Shown here: positions 52,443 to 64,000 of the stretch, piece after piece
Numbering within the stretch: position 1 is the first letter of the stretch
How the letters are laid out: the number at the start of each line of letters is the position of its first letter
The notes under the pieces: model-generated
Database searches by the model: none
What the model was told of the DNA's origin: nothing
Seen by the model: the letters and a program-made list of their open reading frames with translations, nothing else
Made by a program: the position numbers and the translations under genes
Source of the DNA: Ruditapes philippinarum
Taxonomy: Eukaryota
Direction: 5' to 3'
DNA length: 64,000 bases
Assembly: GCF_026571515.1 (NCBI RefSeq)
Contig: NW_026860239.1
Span: 1-64,000 of the forward strand

Positions 52443-54106
52443 AAATAATACACACAAAAGTATATCTGAGGTCTGCCTTACTGCCAGTAAAGCTGAAAAG
52501 GCATAAGATATTGGCAGTGTAATTTATAAATCTAGCCAAATTAAAACAACTAAAACAAATAGAAATCACATTTTTTCTGAGTAAAAGCTTACATTTATGA
52601 CCTTATAAGGTTAGTTGTTAAGTGTGTATGCAAAATATAATGGTAGAAAGTCAATTTAGTAGTAATTATGACTTTGACAGTGTTTTTCATGGACTTACAT
52701 GTAAATAAATCCAAAGGCATAAGAATTTTAGGTTGTACAGTGACAAAAGTGGCATTATCTAATTAAGCTTACTTTTAAACATTTTACCATTTTAAATTCT
52801 TAACCTTCAACAATTTTGGAACTGTCTGTTTTGAAGAATTTTGAGTTACCAAAATAAAAAATTAGTTAAAAAGTTAGTAAAAAAATTAGTTAAAAAGTTA
52901 GTCAACCAACAGTATATAGAGCCTGGTCAAACTACAAGAATCCTGCAATGCACAGGCTTGCTTTGCTCGATATAAGTGGCAAAAGCTTATCATTTTCCGG
53001 TTCCAGGGAGTTAAGAGTTTTTCAATGAATATACCCTCTATTACTGTTTATTCATTCTTTTTATGAATGTAAAAATTTATGGCCATTTTATGATTTATAT
53101 TTTTAAAATTTGTCCGGACTACTTCTCCTATACCTCTAATGCAATTTCAATGGACTTTAACATGATTAATTGGTAGCTCAAGTACTTGTGCATATGACAC
53201 GGTTGTTCCGGTTGAATGATTTTTGGCTGAGTTATGGCCCTTGAATAAAAAAAGTGCATATTTCCCAGTTTACATGCAATTGGCTATCATGAGCTGCTGG
53301 TTGCTCTTCTTGCATACCAGACTGATGTTTAGGATGGCATCACTAAGGCATTATAAATGACATTATTGTAAATCATACACTGCTATAATTATGTAAAAAA
53401 TCAAGACAACAGTTACATATTTTAGTAATAGTTTTGACGAAAATATGTCTTCACAACATATAAAAATAACATAACAACATGGTAGCAATTTTTACATTTA
53501 GCATACCTTAATAAATATATTGATCAAAATGTACATTTAAAGTAAAGTAGAATACAGACATGTTCTTACAGTTTTGATAAGAATATCTGTCCGTTGGGTA
53601 CCCCACCCCCCACCCTCATGGGTGGTAACTCTTAGGCAAGCCAATGAGCAGGTACTGTCAGTCATAACAAATAACTACAACACATGATAGATATTATCAT
53701 TATGATTCCTTCCCAGTTTTATTATTTGATAGGAAACAATATTTTTTTGTGCCAATAAATAACAAAATATTTTACTAAAAACTTAAAAATACTTACACAA
53801 AAATAAAAGTTGAAAGATTTGTACTTAAATTATAAATCAATTTCAGAGGACATTGTTGTGTGATTTTTTGTTTGTTGTTTTATATTTACGACAATACATG
53901 ATTGTCATGATTGTTTCGTTCTGACATTATCACTGATTTCTTATCATTAACCAAATATGGATTTCTTTACTTTTACTGAAATAGGAAGTTCATAAAAGAA
54001 CTTTATACTGTAAGTTTTATCATAGTGATTTATATCAACCAATTATTGATAATGAGCTTTAGTGGATAACATATCTCTAAATTTTTGATAAATTTTGATT
54101 TTTCAG

Positions 54107-54213
54107 ATGGCAGAAAAAATCAAACCTAAAGGTCACAGCGGACAAAAATTTCGCAAACGAGGAACTTAATTAAATGAAGTTAGCAAAGCAGTTTTAGAAG
54201 AAGAAAAAATCGG
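54107..54213 (+). other. Candidate 5'UTR exon with a 20-aa uORF
   Basis: TTTTTCAG|ATG acceptor and CGG|GTATGT donor. The uORF is MAEKIKPKGHSGQKFRKRGT* (54107-54169). Confidence 0.4.
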
Positions 54214-55497
54214 GTATGTAAATACGTTATTATATTTAGAATTTAGATTTTTATCTTTCGTTGAAAAATATGTACCAAGTTTCAGTATTGTTTCTCAGAA
54301 ATGAAAAAGAAAAATTGTGTCAATAATTACATATAATGTATACATTAACATGGATATATTTTTTGTTTGCTTGATTTTTGTAGTTAGGTAAGTCAGGTTA
54401 GTAATTTAATTAATACTCTAGTGAAACTGAAATTCTCTGCAGGTTGTTTGAGGTACAAAGTTAATGTAAATGTTTAAACGTAGAGGCATGAAAATTTTGT
54501 AAGATGTTTTACTTTCATTATTCAATACTGAGAAATATGTTAAGTTACTTCTCAAAGCAATGTAAAGTAAACAATATATGTACATAGTTACTTTTTGCAA
54601 GCCATTAACCACTTTTGATGTCAACCTAACAACATATTTTCATTTTTATTCGATTTCTATACTCTATTTGAATAGAGTTAACATTTTTTACAAATGATGC
54701 AATACTTAATATTTGTGAATTTTAAGCAACCTTTAAACAAAATGAATGAAAATGATAATAAGAAGCAAACAGTATTGAATCTGATCAAACAAATGAAAGT
54801 GCAGACCAGTAGACTGATCTGATCAGACTGTTTGAAAGTGCAGACCAGTAAACTGATCTTGTCAGGCAGCATGGAATTGCAGACCAGTAAACTGATCTGA
54901 TCAAACAGAAAGAATTGCTGCCCGGTCTATTGATCTGACCCTATACTTAAAGCTCAGGCAATACAGTATTTCCACCAGTATTCATATTGGTGATATAATT
55001 GTTTTTTATGTGATGGACTATAATGGTTTGTAAGTAATATTGGACTGAAATTAGGTCACCATAGCTGAAACTGAAAGTAGAAAAATGAATGGGTGATAAC
55101 CTTAGTTTACTCAGTATTGAGGCGCTGATAATAAATAAAATATTTTGGTGTATTAGTAGATTATGAAGAGATCAAGGTTATCTTTGTAACCCAGGCCCTA
55201 TTGGCTAAGCTCAGGGTCATTATAATTATTGATAAAAATTTTGAAAAAGGTTAACTTTATATAGGATTAATTGTTTTTTAAAATTTTATCAGTTTTTCTT
55301 TCTCCACAACATTGATGCAAGGGTTTCCATTGTCAAGAAGTTAACGTCTTTGACTTCATGATCCGCACTGTTGGCTATTCAGTCTGTACATATTTTGAAA
55401 ATTTCACTTTTGATATTATGACAAATCGTTTTGTCCAGTTTGAAAGATGCACAAGGCCATTTTAGATATAAAAGTGTGGTAAGGGTTCAAAAATGTA

Positions 55498-56726
55498 ATT
55501 AGTCCCCTACCGGTTTACCGGAGGGGACTTTAGGTTTACCCTCCGTCCGTCTGTCCGTCCGTCCGTCCGTCCGTCAGTCCGTCCGTCTGTCCGTCCGTCA
55601 GTCCGTCCGTCCACAAAACTGGATCCCGCGATAACGCAAAAAGTACTGAAAATATTTTAATGAAACTTGATATATGGATAGATGGCAGTATGGAGATTAT
55701 GCACGTCTTTTTCTTTTCTTCCTATGTTAAAAATTCTGGTTGCTATGGCAACAAATAGACTGAAAATATGGCAAATTTTACACATAACCTGGATCCCGCG
55801 ATTACGCAAAAAGTACTGAAAATATTTTTATGAAACTTGATATATAGATCGATGGCAGTATGGAGATTATGCACGTCTTTTTCTTTCCTTCCTATGTTGA
55901 AAATTCTGGTTGCTATGGCAACAAATAGACTGAAAATATGGCAAATTTTACACATAACCTGGATCCAGTGATAACACAAAAAGTACTGAAAATATGTTTA
56001 TGAAACTTGACATATGGGTAGATGGCGGTATAGAAATTATGCACATTCTTTTCTTATCTTCCTATGTTGAAAATTCTTGTTGCTATGGCAACAAATAGAC
56101 TGAATTTCAAGATTTCTGATTCTAGTTTTTAAGTTTTTTCACTATAAGTTCTTTATTTCTTAAGGTATTTTCTTCAAACTTTAAATATAAGTTGCTTGTC
56201 ATCAACCACATCATATGTGACAAGGTTTACAACTCTAGGACAAAATTTTTCAGAATTACCTCCCTTGAACTTAAAATTTTCATGAAAAAAAAACATTGTT
56301 TTTTTAATAACTTCTTTTTCTGAATGTATCTACTTCAAACTTCATATAAATGTTTCTTATTATCACTCAACATTTATGAGTGTTCAATACTCTAGCAAGA
56401 CTATTTCCAGAATTATGCCCCTTTTGAACTTAGACTTTTTTTGAGAAATTGGTAATGTTTACTCCAACTTCTTCAATCATGATAGGATTTTAAAAATGTT
56501 ATATTTTGATAACAGGGATGTTTAAAAAATAAATTTAGAGTGTCCTTCAGTCCGTCTGTCTGTACATTAAAACTGTTTCCTGTGATCACTTTTAAAGAAC
56601 TTTTTCGACAAATTTACTTAAAATAGGAACCTAAGTGAATGGCCAATGGCCCTTCAGAATGTTGCTTGGGCTCTTACTGGTAGGGGACTAATGGATTGCT
56701 TGCAATACTATGATAATTGCTTGTTT
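55498..56726 (+). mobile_element. HINE-like element with ~3 x 170-bp repeats
   Basis: Subterminal IR TAGTCCCCTACC (55500) / GGTAGGGGACTA (56679), long (GTCC)n, 170-bp period (55621, 55791, 55961) and a CTTGTTT end. Confidence 0.85.
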
Positions 56727-56798
56727 ATTGCTTATTTTTATGAAAGCAAATGTAAATTATGTTTCAGACAGAACTAAAGGACATAAATAAAAGCTGTG

Positions 56799-59000
56799 AT
56801 GGATGAAGAACTTGTGAACTGGAGCTGTAGAACCTGTACCTTTATCAATTCCTTCGCCCAAAATGTCTGTGAAATGTGTCAAACTAAAATGCCTGACATA
56901 CCTGAAAATGTGCCCAAAGTTTTTAAAACTAGTGAGTTCAACTCCTCTAACCATTTACCTAGAGTTTTTAAAGGTGTTGACCCAAGGTCAAGCTCACCAG
57001 AAATACCTCCAAAAGTGTTTAAAGGTGTTAAAATTGAGGGAAATAAAGCACCAGGTGTAGATGTAATTGATGGAGTTGGAGCAGTTGAGACTGCTAAGGC
57101 AGATGATAAGAAAATAACTAATGGTAATTCAGAATCTGGTGCAAGCAAAAGTAAAGACGCAAATTCAAAAGAAGCAGTAAAAGAAAAGAAACCTGTAGGA
57201 AAAGTTACTGATAATGCTGGAGGAGCTAAGAAAAAGACAAGCCCTGGAACATCAGCAGTTAAAGGAAGAGCTGCAGGAGATACTAGTAAAGAAAGTAAAG
57301 GCAAAGAGATTAATAGTGATAAACTGAAGAAAGTGAATAAGGTTGTGACTCCTCCAAGTAAATCTGAACTTCCGAAAGTTGCAAAGAGCACTCCTGGTAA
57401 ACATAAAGCAGGTGAGAGTCCACCTATAGTTGAAGATGACTATAAATGGGTTTGTCCAAATTCTACCTGTAATGTACACAATGATGTGTACTTTGACAGT
57501 TGTATATGCTGTCATACAAATAAAACAGCAAATGTGATAATGATTAAACAAGATAAATCAGAGAAGCGAGTCAAACCAAATGAGCCTGTTAAAACTGGTA
57601 AAGACAAAGTTGATATAAAAAGTAATGGAAGTGACAAGAAAGGAAACAGTGAAACTGATCTTAAACAAGATACAAAAGTTGATGATAACAAAGGGGCTTT
57701 AAAAGAAGAGGAAGAAAATTGGTCATGTAAAAGATGTACTTTTAAAAATTCAAAAGCTGCTCTGAAATGTAAAATGTGTGAAGCTCCAAAAAAATCAAAT
57801 ATTCCAAGTCCAGATGAAATTCCAACTGATATTGATTACTCCAAATTCCCCCCTTCAACTTCACCAGTTTCTCCAAATAAGGAAAAAACTGACAGGCGCA
57901 ATATTGTGAATTTGAATAGTGAAGAAGCTGGAGGTGCTAGACCCAAAGTAGTGAATGGTGCAAAAACAGGGGAAAATGTTGATCTAGATACAGAGGAATG
58001 GAAATGTGATAAATGTACATTTTCTTGTAATCCTTCATTTAGTGAAAGATGTACAAAATGTGAAAAGGGACTTAGACCATCTAAATATAAGAAGAGTTCC
58101 CCTAAAACTATTGACAGTGACAAGCCACCTAAAGACCCTCCTAAAGTCCCAGAAAGACTTAAAACCAATGGCAAAGGCATAAAAGAAAATGGTAAACCAA
58201 CTATCCCCAGCAGAGCTCCAGTTGCTGGAAAAAAGCCTGTTGCAAAACCAACAAATACCAAAACTGTAATTCCACCTCCTAAGCCATCAACCTCTGGTGT
58301 GCAAAAACAATCCCCTGATAAGATTGAGAAAAATGCGGAGGAGAGCAAAAATTGGAAATGCTCCAAATGTACCTTTGAAAATCCAAGCTCACAGCTGGTT
58401 TGTAAAATGTGTGACCTCAGTAAAAGTATAAAAATAAAGGAAGGTGACTGGGTTTGTTTGACTTGTACTCTTATAAATGCTGTGTCAGAAACTTCATGTA
58501 CAGCATGTGGTACGAAAAAGGACTTAAAACCTGCAGTAACTGGTGACAATAAGAAACCTGAAGACAAAGAAACAGGTAAAAGTGCTAATGCTGGTAAGGC
58601 AGCAAATGTTGGAAAAGATTCTAAAGATAATAAAGAAGTGATTGAGGTAGATACACCAGAAACAAATGTGAAAGAGAAAAGAATTGTTAAAAAAGGAGCT
58701 AGTAAAGAGCAAGTTAATCAGCAAAAAGGAAAAGATAAAGTCCCAAAGAAAACTGATAAAATGACAGGAAAGCAGTGTTCAGTCTGCACTGTTATGAACT
58801 CTAAATCTACAGGAGAGTGTAAAGTGTGTGGTTACGATCTAGAAATAGGTAAAGGGGACACGACTGAGTCATTGTGCGGGACGATAAGACCGAGACATAC
58901 TTTACAGCGCCAGCAGTCCGTCTCTTTCATTGAGCTGAGGGATATTGAGGACCAAGAGGCCTTAGAGCTGTGGCAAAACATACGATTCTTCTGTAAACAG
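56799..59000 (+). CDS. CAPN15: SOL/calpain-D (calpain-15-like) first coding exon with seven RanBP2-type zinc fingers
   Basis: Acceptor TTTCAG at 56767, in-frame stops before the ATG at 56799, 734 codons, W-x-C-xx-C-T-x-x-N...C-xx-C fingers and a phase-0 donor CAG|GTGAGA. Confidence 0.92.
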
Positions 59001-59707
59001 GTGAGATAAAAATTCCAAATGTATGATACAATGACGGTTTTGCACTACTTTTGATATGAAAGTAAGATTATAGCATTATTTTTCTTGAAGCTGTATGAAA
59101 AAGCCAAGTTTTAAATACAAATGTATAATGGATACTTGTGCCCCTGAAATGTTTGCAAATTGATCTTTATCTTTCAATTAATATACTTGTTAGTGCAGTT
59201 AGTTCATGAAAATATAATTGTGCTAAAGGCAACATTGAAATTAAAGCAATTTTCATTGTGCACAATATCTGTATCTAAAAATGACATTATGCTAATTTTG
59301 TCACTGTCATGTTAAGCGCTGAGTAAGTTACATATTTCAAAAGTTTGATCATTATTTGATAATGACAAATGATGAGGATAAAATATTAAAAAAAGACTGC
59401 CATACTTTTATCAATTACCGATTTTCGAGGGATATTTATTGAATTTTCAGTAGAAAACCAGTCCTTGGTCATAAGATTATTCAAATAATGAAAATCATAA
59501 AATTAAAAACAAATATGACAAAATGTAAAATTAAGTTTGAATTTTGCTTGTACACTTCACATTTTCACTTGTATGGGAAGAATGTCACTACAGTTTTGTT
59601 TTTCCCTTTGAACAATTTCAGACCATGATTACTAGTTCTAAGAGACCACTTTTGGATATTAACCATTCATATAAGGAATTTAAATATATGTTGTTTTTTA
59701 ATTTCAG

Positions 59708-59912
59708 AATAAAGAAAAGTTTGTTGATGATTCATTTCCACCAGTCGACAAATCTTTGTATAAAGACCCTAGTAGTTCGTTAGCTCGCCATTTAGTTCAG
59801 TGGTTACGCTGTGATAAGATTCAGTCGCATCGCTCTGAAGACAAGGTGCCGTGGGTTGTTTATAGAACGCCAATGCCAGATGACATATCACAGGGAGAAT
59901 TAGGGAATTGTT
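59708..59912 (+). pseudogene. CAPN15: Calpain catalytic-Cys exon, copy 1 (1-bp deletion at the donor)
   Basis: Translates NKEKFVDDSFPP...QWLR...DDISQGELGNC. It ends TGTTGTAAAT instead of TGTTG|GTAAAT. Confidence 0.8.
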
Positions 59913-61441
59913 GTAAATATTGTAATTTTGAGTGATATTCGCTTTCTACTTCATTAAAGCAAAGATCATATTCCATGATTAGCTTAGGCTTTGATAAACC
60001 ATTGAATGATATTGTGATGTCTGTTTTGAAAAACCCTTGTAAATGAAATCTTGCCTTAAAAGACCCTAAAAAAATGAACTGATTAAAGGTAATGAAAAGC
60101 CCTAAGATTTGAAATTTAAACTTTTGATTGTAAATTCTACATTGTATTTAAAAATTGTATGAAAGTACAGTAATACCGAAACCAGTAGAATTTTTAATGA
60201 AATTAGTTAAACTGTCCCCATGTTTGACATGTAGTTCCTCCTTATACCCTTTCAACAAAATTGTAAGAATATTGAAGGAAATGTAATTTTCAATTAACAT
60301 TGGTCATAGTGCTTATAACCACTTCCCTAGCTTTTGATTTTTAAGGCCTTAAAGAAATCCTTTAAAAAATCCTTACATTTGCTTCTGAAAATTTGTATGA
60401 ATCAAGTATTTACTTTCTGTTTGCTTAAGCAAAGATGTTGATGAATCATAAAAAAGTTTAGAAATAAAACTAGCCAAATTGGATTCAATAAATTGGATAA
60501 TTTTAACATAAAATTACAGACTTCGCTTAAAATTTCCTAAAATTGTAATTTTTTCGTAACACACTTTATATGAATGTTCAATTGATATTAGTCATTACAC
60601 ATTGTCATAATAACATTTTAATTTTGTTAAATCTTCTTCACTATAAGATCTGCTTTGACAAAACAACTGCTCTGTTTTGTGTGGGCTCATGTGATTATAA
60701 GTAAAGACATCAAATTCATTTGTGGGAATTACTAATAGGAAGCTTTCATGAAGTGATTTAAATTGTATGACGAGGGATATCAATTCAACAAATTTGCTCG
60801 AATTTAATTTGTGATTGTTTTGTTTTCAAGGTTATTTTTTAGGTTATTGGGAATATTTAAATCACTTGAGATAAAAAGGACTTGAATATTTGTCATCTAT
60901 AAACTGATTTGCTTTGTGATTGTTTTCCACTGATTTTTATCAAACCTATGAGACAGCTCCTTTAAAGGAACAGATTTTATTTTATCTATTTTTGATGTCA
61001 AGTGGTTGAAGATGTTTAGTGTAAGAAAGTAATTAAAGCTTAATTGACATTTAAGGAGGTAAAATTCCAAAAATGGAGAGCTGGCTGCTGATTGGCTCAT
61101 TAAAAAACATTCTGTACATTTGATTGGTCAAGATTTAGATTAAGCATTATCATATACATCTAAGGTATAATTTGTCATAGGGGTGATGTCTCCCTCGAGA
61201 ATTTGAGATATAGATTTTTATATTTTTTCTCAAGCCTTTATTGATACATTAAATTGAACAGGAAACCAAGAAACACCTACACTATGAGTCATTTAACTAA
61301 TAAAAAAAGGTAAAATATATGGTTACATCATCAATACGATCAAACACTGTGTTAAATTCCATTAAGAGTAAAGACTGCATGAAAAAAAGTTATAGTAAAC
61401 TTGAACACTATATGAAACTGATTCCCCTCTACAGAGCACCT

Positions 61442-61722
61442 TTCCCCCCTTGTGACAGAGGGATGCCTTTAAAGGTCGAGGCATCAGACTTGAAGCCACC
61501 ATTTATCTCTGCATGATTGTAAGGGGCGACTAAATAGGTTCAATTACTGGAGTCTATGCATCTCTTAGCTCCAGCAGGTGAGGTGGTTTTGACGCCTTGT
61601 GTTGCAGCAATGCTTAACGTTTGTAACACCCAAGGTTAGCCAAAATCATCTTTCATTTTTTAGTGCCATTTGACCTAAATTTTGTTATTGCGTTGTAAAA
61701 CCAAACCAAACAAAACAAACAA
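61442..61722 (+). mobile_element. SINE-like retroposon with an 11-bp TSD, nested in an older SINE-like remnant
   Basis: TSD ACAGAGCACCT at 61431-61441 and 61723-61733, with an (AAAC)n tail. Confidence 0.75.
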
Positions 61723-61934
61723 ACAGAGCACCTATCATTTCAAGGAGTTCTAGAAATTCTGGTGTTATTTTGTGCCTCAAATAATGCATGAACTGGGGCA
61801 CTTGAGATCCTCCACAGGGAAAGCTGTTAAGGCACCATAATTATAACCTTTGCAATATAAATGTGACTTAAAACCCAAAATTGAAAATAAAATAAACACC
61901 AAGGGTTGTTAAATATGAATTGTTATATAAACAG

Positions 61935-62118
61935 GTTTTTAAGTGCTCTAGCTGTATTGGCCGAGCAGCCTGAACTGATCAAGAAAATCATCCCGACGAA
62001 GGATTATTGTCCGGAAGGTGTATATCAGGTGCGGTTATGTAAGGACGGCGTGTGGCAGATAGTCTTAATAGACGATGTCTTACCATGTAATGAAAATGGA
62101 AGGCTGATATTTTCTCAG
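61935..62118 (+). CDS. CAPN15: Calpain catalytic-domain exon following the active-site Cys (copy in the first duplication unit)
   Basis: Phase-2 acceptor ACAG|G. Translates (W)[61 protein letters not shown], with a phase-0 donor CAG|GTAAAA. Confidence 0.85.
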
Positions 62119-62617
62119 GTAAAAATCAACATAATTTATTGTATTTTGAATTTGAAAAAAAATAAGGAAATTAAATACGATATCTTATCAGTGAGAGAGA
62201 TAACTTATATCGAACACTGTTTATTCCCAAGTTTGAAATTTTTTTTATCATTTTTATCATAATAAAAATAAATAAAATAAAAATGAAAATATTTCTTAAA
62301 ATGATAGTACATAGCTCATCTTTTAGTGATTTTGTATTGAAATTTCCACTTCAGCCATGCAAATTAAACTCAAATAATTTATATCAATGTAAGAATTTAA
62401 GCATTACTATGATTTATAACTATTAATTTGTGCCAGGCCCTAGATTTTGTGAAAATTCATACACTTAAGCATTTTCACTAGTATGGGAATAGTGTCACTA
62501 CAATTTTGTTTTTTCATTTGAACAATTTCAGATCATGATTACTTGTTTTAAGAGACCACTTTTGGATATTAACCATTCATATAAAGAATTTAAATATATG
62601 TTGTTTTTTAATTTCAG

Positions 62618-62823
62618 AATAAAGAAAAGTTTGTTGATGATTCATTTCCACCGGTCGACAAATCTTTGTATAAAGACCCTAGTAGTTCGTTAGCTCGTCA
62701 TTTAGTTCAGTGGTTACGCTGTGATAAGATTCAGTCGCATCGCTCTGAAGACAAGGTGCCGTGGGTTGTTTATAGAACGCCAATGCCAGATGACATATCA
62801 CAGGGAGAATTAGGGAATTGTTG
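62618..62823 (+). CDS. CAPN15: Calpain catalytic-Cys exon, copy 2 (intact)
   Basis: 206 nt, phase 0 to 2, carrying the QGELGNC(W) active-site motif, with an intact TG|GTAAAT donor. Confidence 0.9.
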
Positions 62824-64000
62824 GTAAATATTGTAATTTTGAGTGATATTCGCTTTCTACTTCATTAAAGCAAAGATCATATTCCATGATTAGCTTAGCT
62901 TTTGAAAAACCGTTGAATGATATTGTGATGTCAGTTTTGAAAAACCCTTGTAAATGAAATCTTGCCTTAAAAGACCCTAAAAAAATAAACTGATTAAAGG
63001 TAATGAAAAGCCCTTAGATTTGAAATGTCAACTTTTGATTGAAAATTCTACATTGTATTTAAAAATTGTATGAAAGTACAGTAGTACCTAAAGTGGTAGA
63101 ATCTTCAATGAAATTAGTTAAACTGTCCCCATGTTTGACATGTAGTTCCTCCTTATACCCTTTCAACAAAATTGTAAAAATATTGAAGGAAATTGTAATT
63201 TTCAATTAACATTGGTCATAGTGCTTATAACCACTTTCCTAACTTTTTTAATTAACATTGGTCATAGTGCTTATAACCACTTCCCTAGCTTTTGATTTTT
63301 AAGGCCTTAAAGAAATCCTTTAAAAAATCCTTACATTTGCTTCTGAAAATTTGTATGAATCAAGTATTTACTTTCTGTTTGCTTAAGCAAAGATGTTGAT
63401 GAATCATAAAAAAGTTTAGAAATAAAACTAGCCAAATTGGATTCAATAAATTGGATAATTTTAACATAAAATTACAGACTTCGCTAAAAATTTCCTTAAA
63501 TTGTAATTTTTTTCGTAACACACTTTATATGAATGTTCAATTGACATTAATCATTGCACATTGTCATAATAACATTTTAATTTTGTTAAATCTTCTTCAC
63601 TATAAGATCTGCTTTGACAAAACAACTGCTCTGTTTTGTGTGGGCTCATGTGATTATAAGTAAAGACATCAAATTCATTTTGTGGGAATTACTAATAGGA
63701 AGCTTTCATGAAGTGATTTAAATCGTATGACGAGGGATATCAATTCAACAAATTTGCTCGAATTTAATTTGTGATTGTTTTGTTTGCAAGGTTATTTTTT
63801 AGGTTATTGGGAATATTTAAATCACTTGAGATAAAAAGGACTTGAATATTTGTCATCTATAAACTGTTTTGCTTTGTGATTATTTTATGCTGATTTTTAT
63901 CAAACCTATGAGATAGCTGCTTTAAAGGAACAGATTTTATTTTATCTATTTTTGATGTCAAGTGGTTGAAGATGTTTAGTGTAAGAAAGTAATTAAAGCT

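Larger units (their letters stand above)
59552..64000 (+). repeat. Tandem segmental duplication with a ~2.9-kb unit (59552-62460; second copy 62461 to the window end)
   Basis: Colinear near-identity at offset 2910, rising to 2960 by the window end, mostly through a ~46-bp local duplication near 63203-63290. Confidence 0.95.

Noticed and set aside
51919-52522. Overlapping repeat ORFs (e.g. WFYPEVPTQA)
   Set aside because: The 30-bp unit happens to lack stops in most frames.
4205-55490. Several highly decayed MITE-like fragments ending in AAGGGTTAA or similar (e.g. ~4380, ~15365, ~42770)
   Set aside because: They are too degenerate to give defensible boundaries or a classification.
56879-58724. 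Antisense ORFs of 170 and 243 aa
   Set aside because: They are shadows of the Lys-rich calpain exon.

Overview
This is AT-rich, intron-rich animal genomic DNA. The repeat landscape (Helentron/HINE-like elements, tRNA-SINEs, many minisatellites) suggests a bivalve mollusc; that assignment is inference. Two host genes lie head-to-head around a compact promoter at about 33.7-33.9 kb. On the minus strand is the first coding exon of a GAB/DOS-family PH-domain adaptor (33532-33633), which the ORF track misses; its first intron apparently spans the left half of the window. On the plus strand is a SOL/calpain-D (CAPN15-like) gene with a 2.2-kb exon encoding seven RanBP2-type zinc fingers, followed by catalytic-domain exons. 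A roughly 2.9-kb block holding the catalytic-Cys exon is tandemly duplicated, and the first copy has a 1-bp deletion at its splice donor. The rest is repeats: a 5'-truncated APE/RT LINE whose ORF1 stop is in frame with the following ORF and sits in a hairpin; a 3.4-kb element with about 600-bp TIRs carrying a tRNA-Pro-like module shared with a second locus; nested SINE and DNA-transposon insertions with clear TSDs; Sola2-like MITEs; HINEs; and about ten minisatellites. No prokaryotic, CRISPR or rRNA features were seen.
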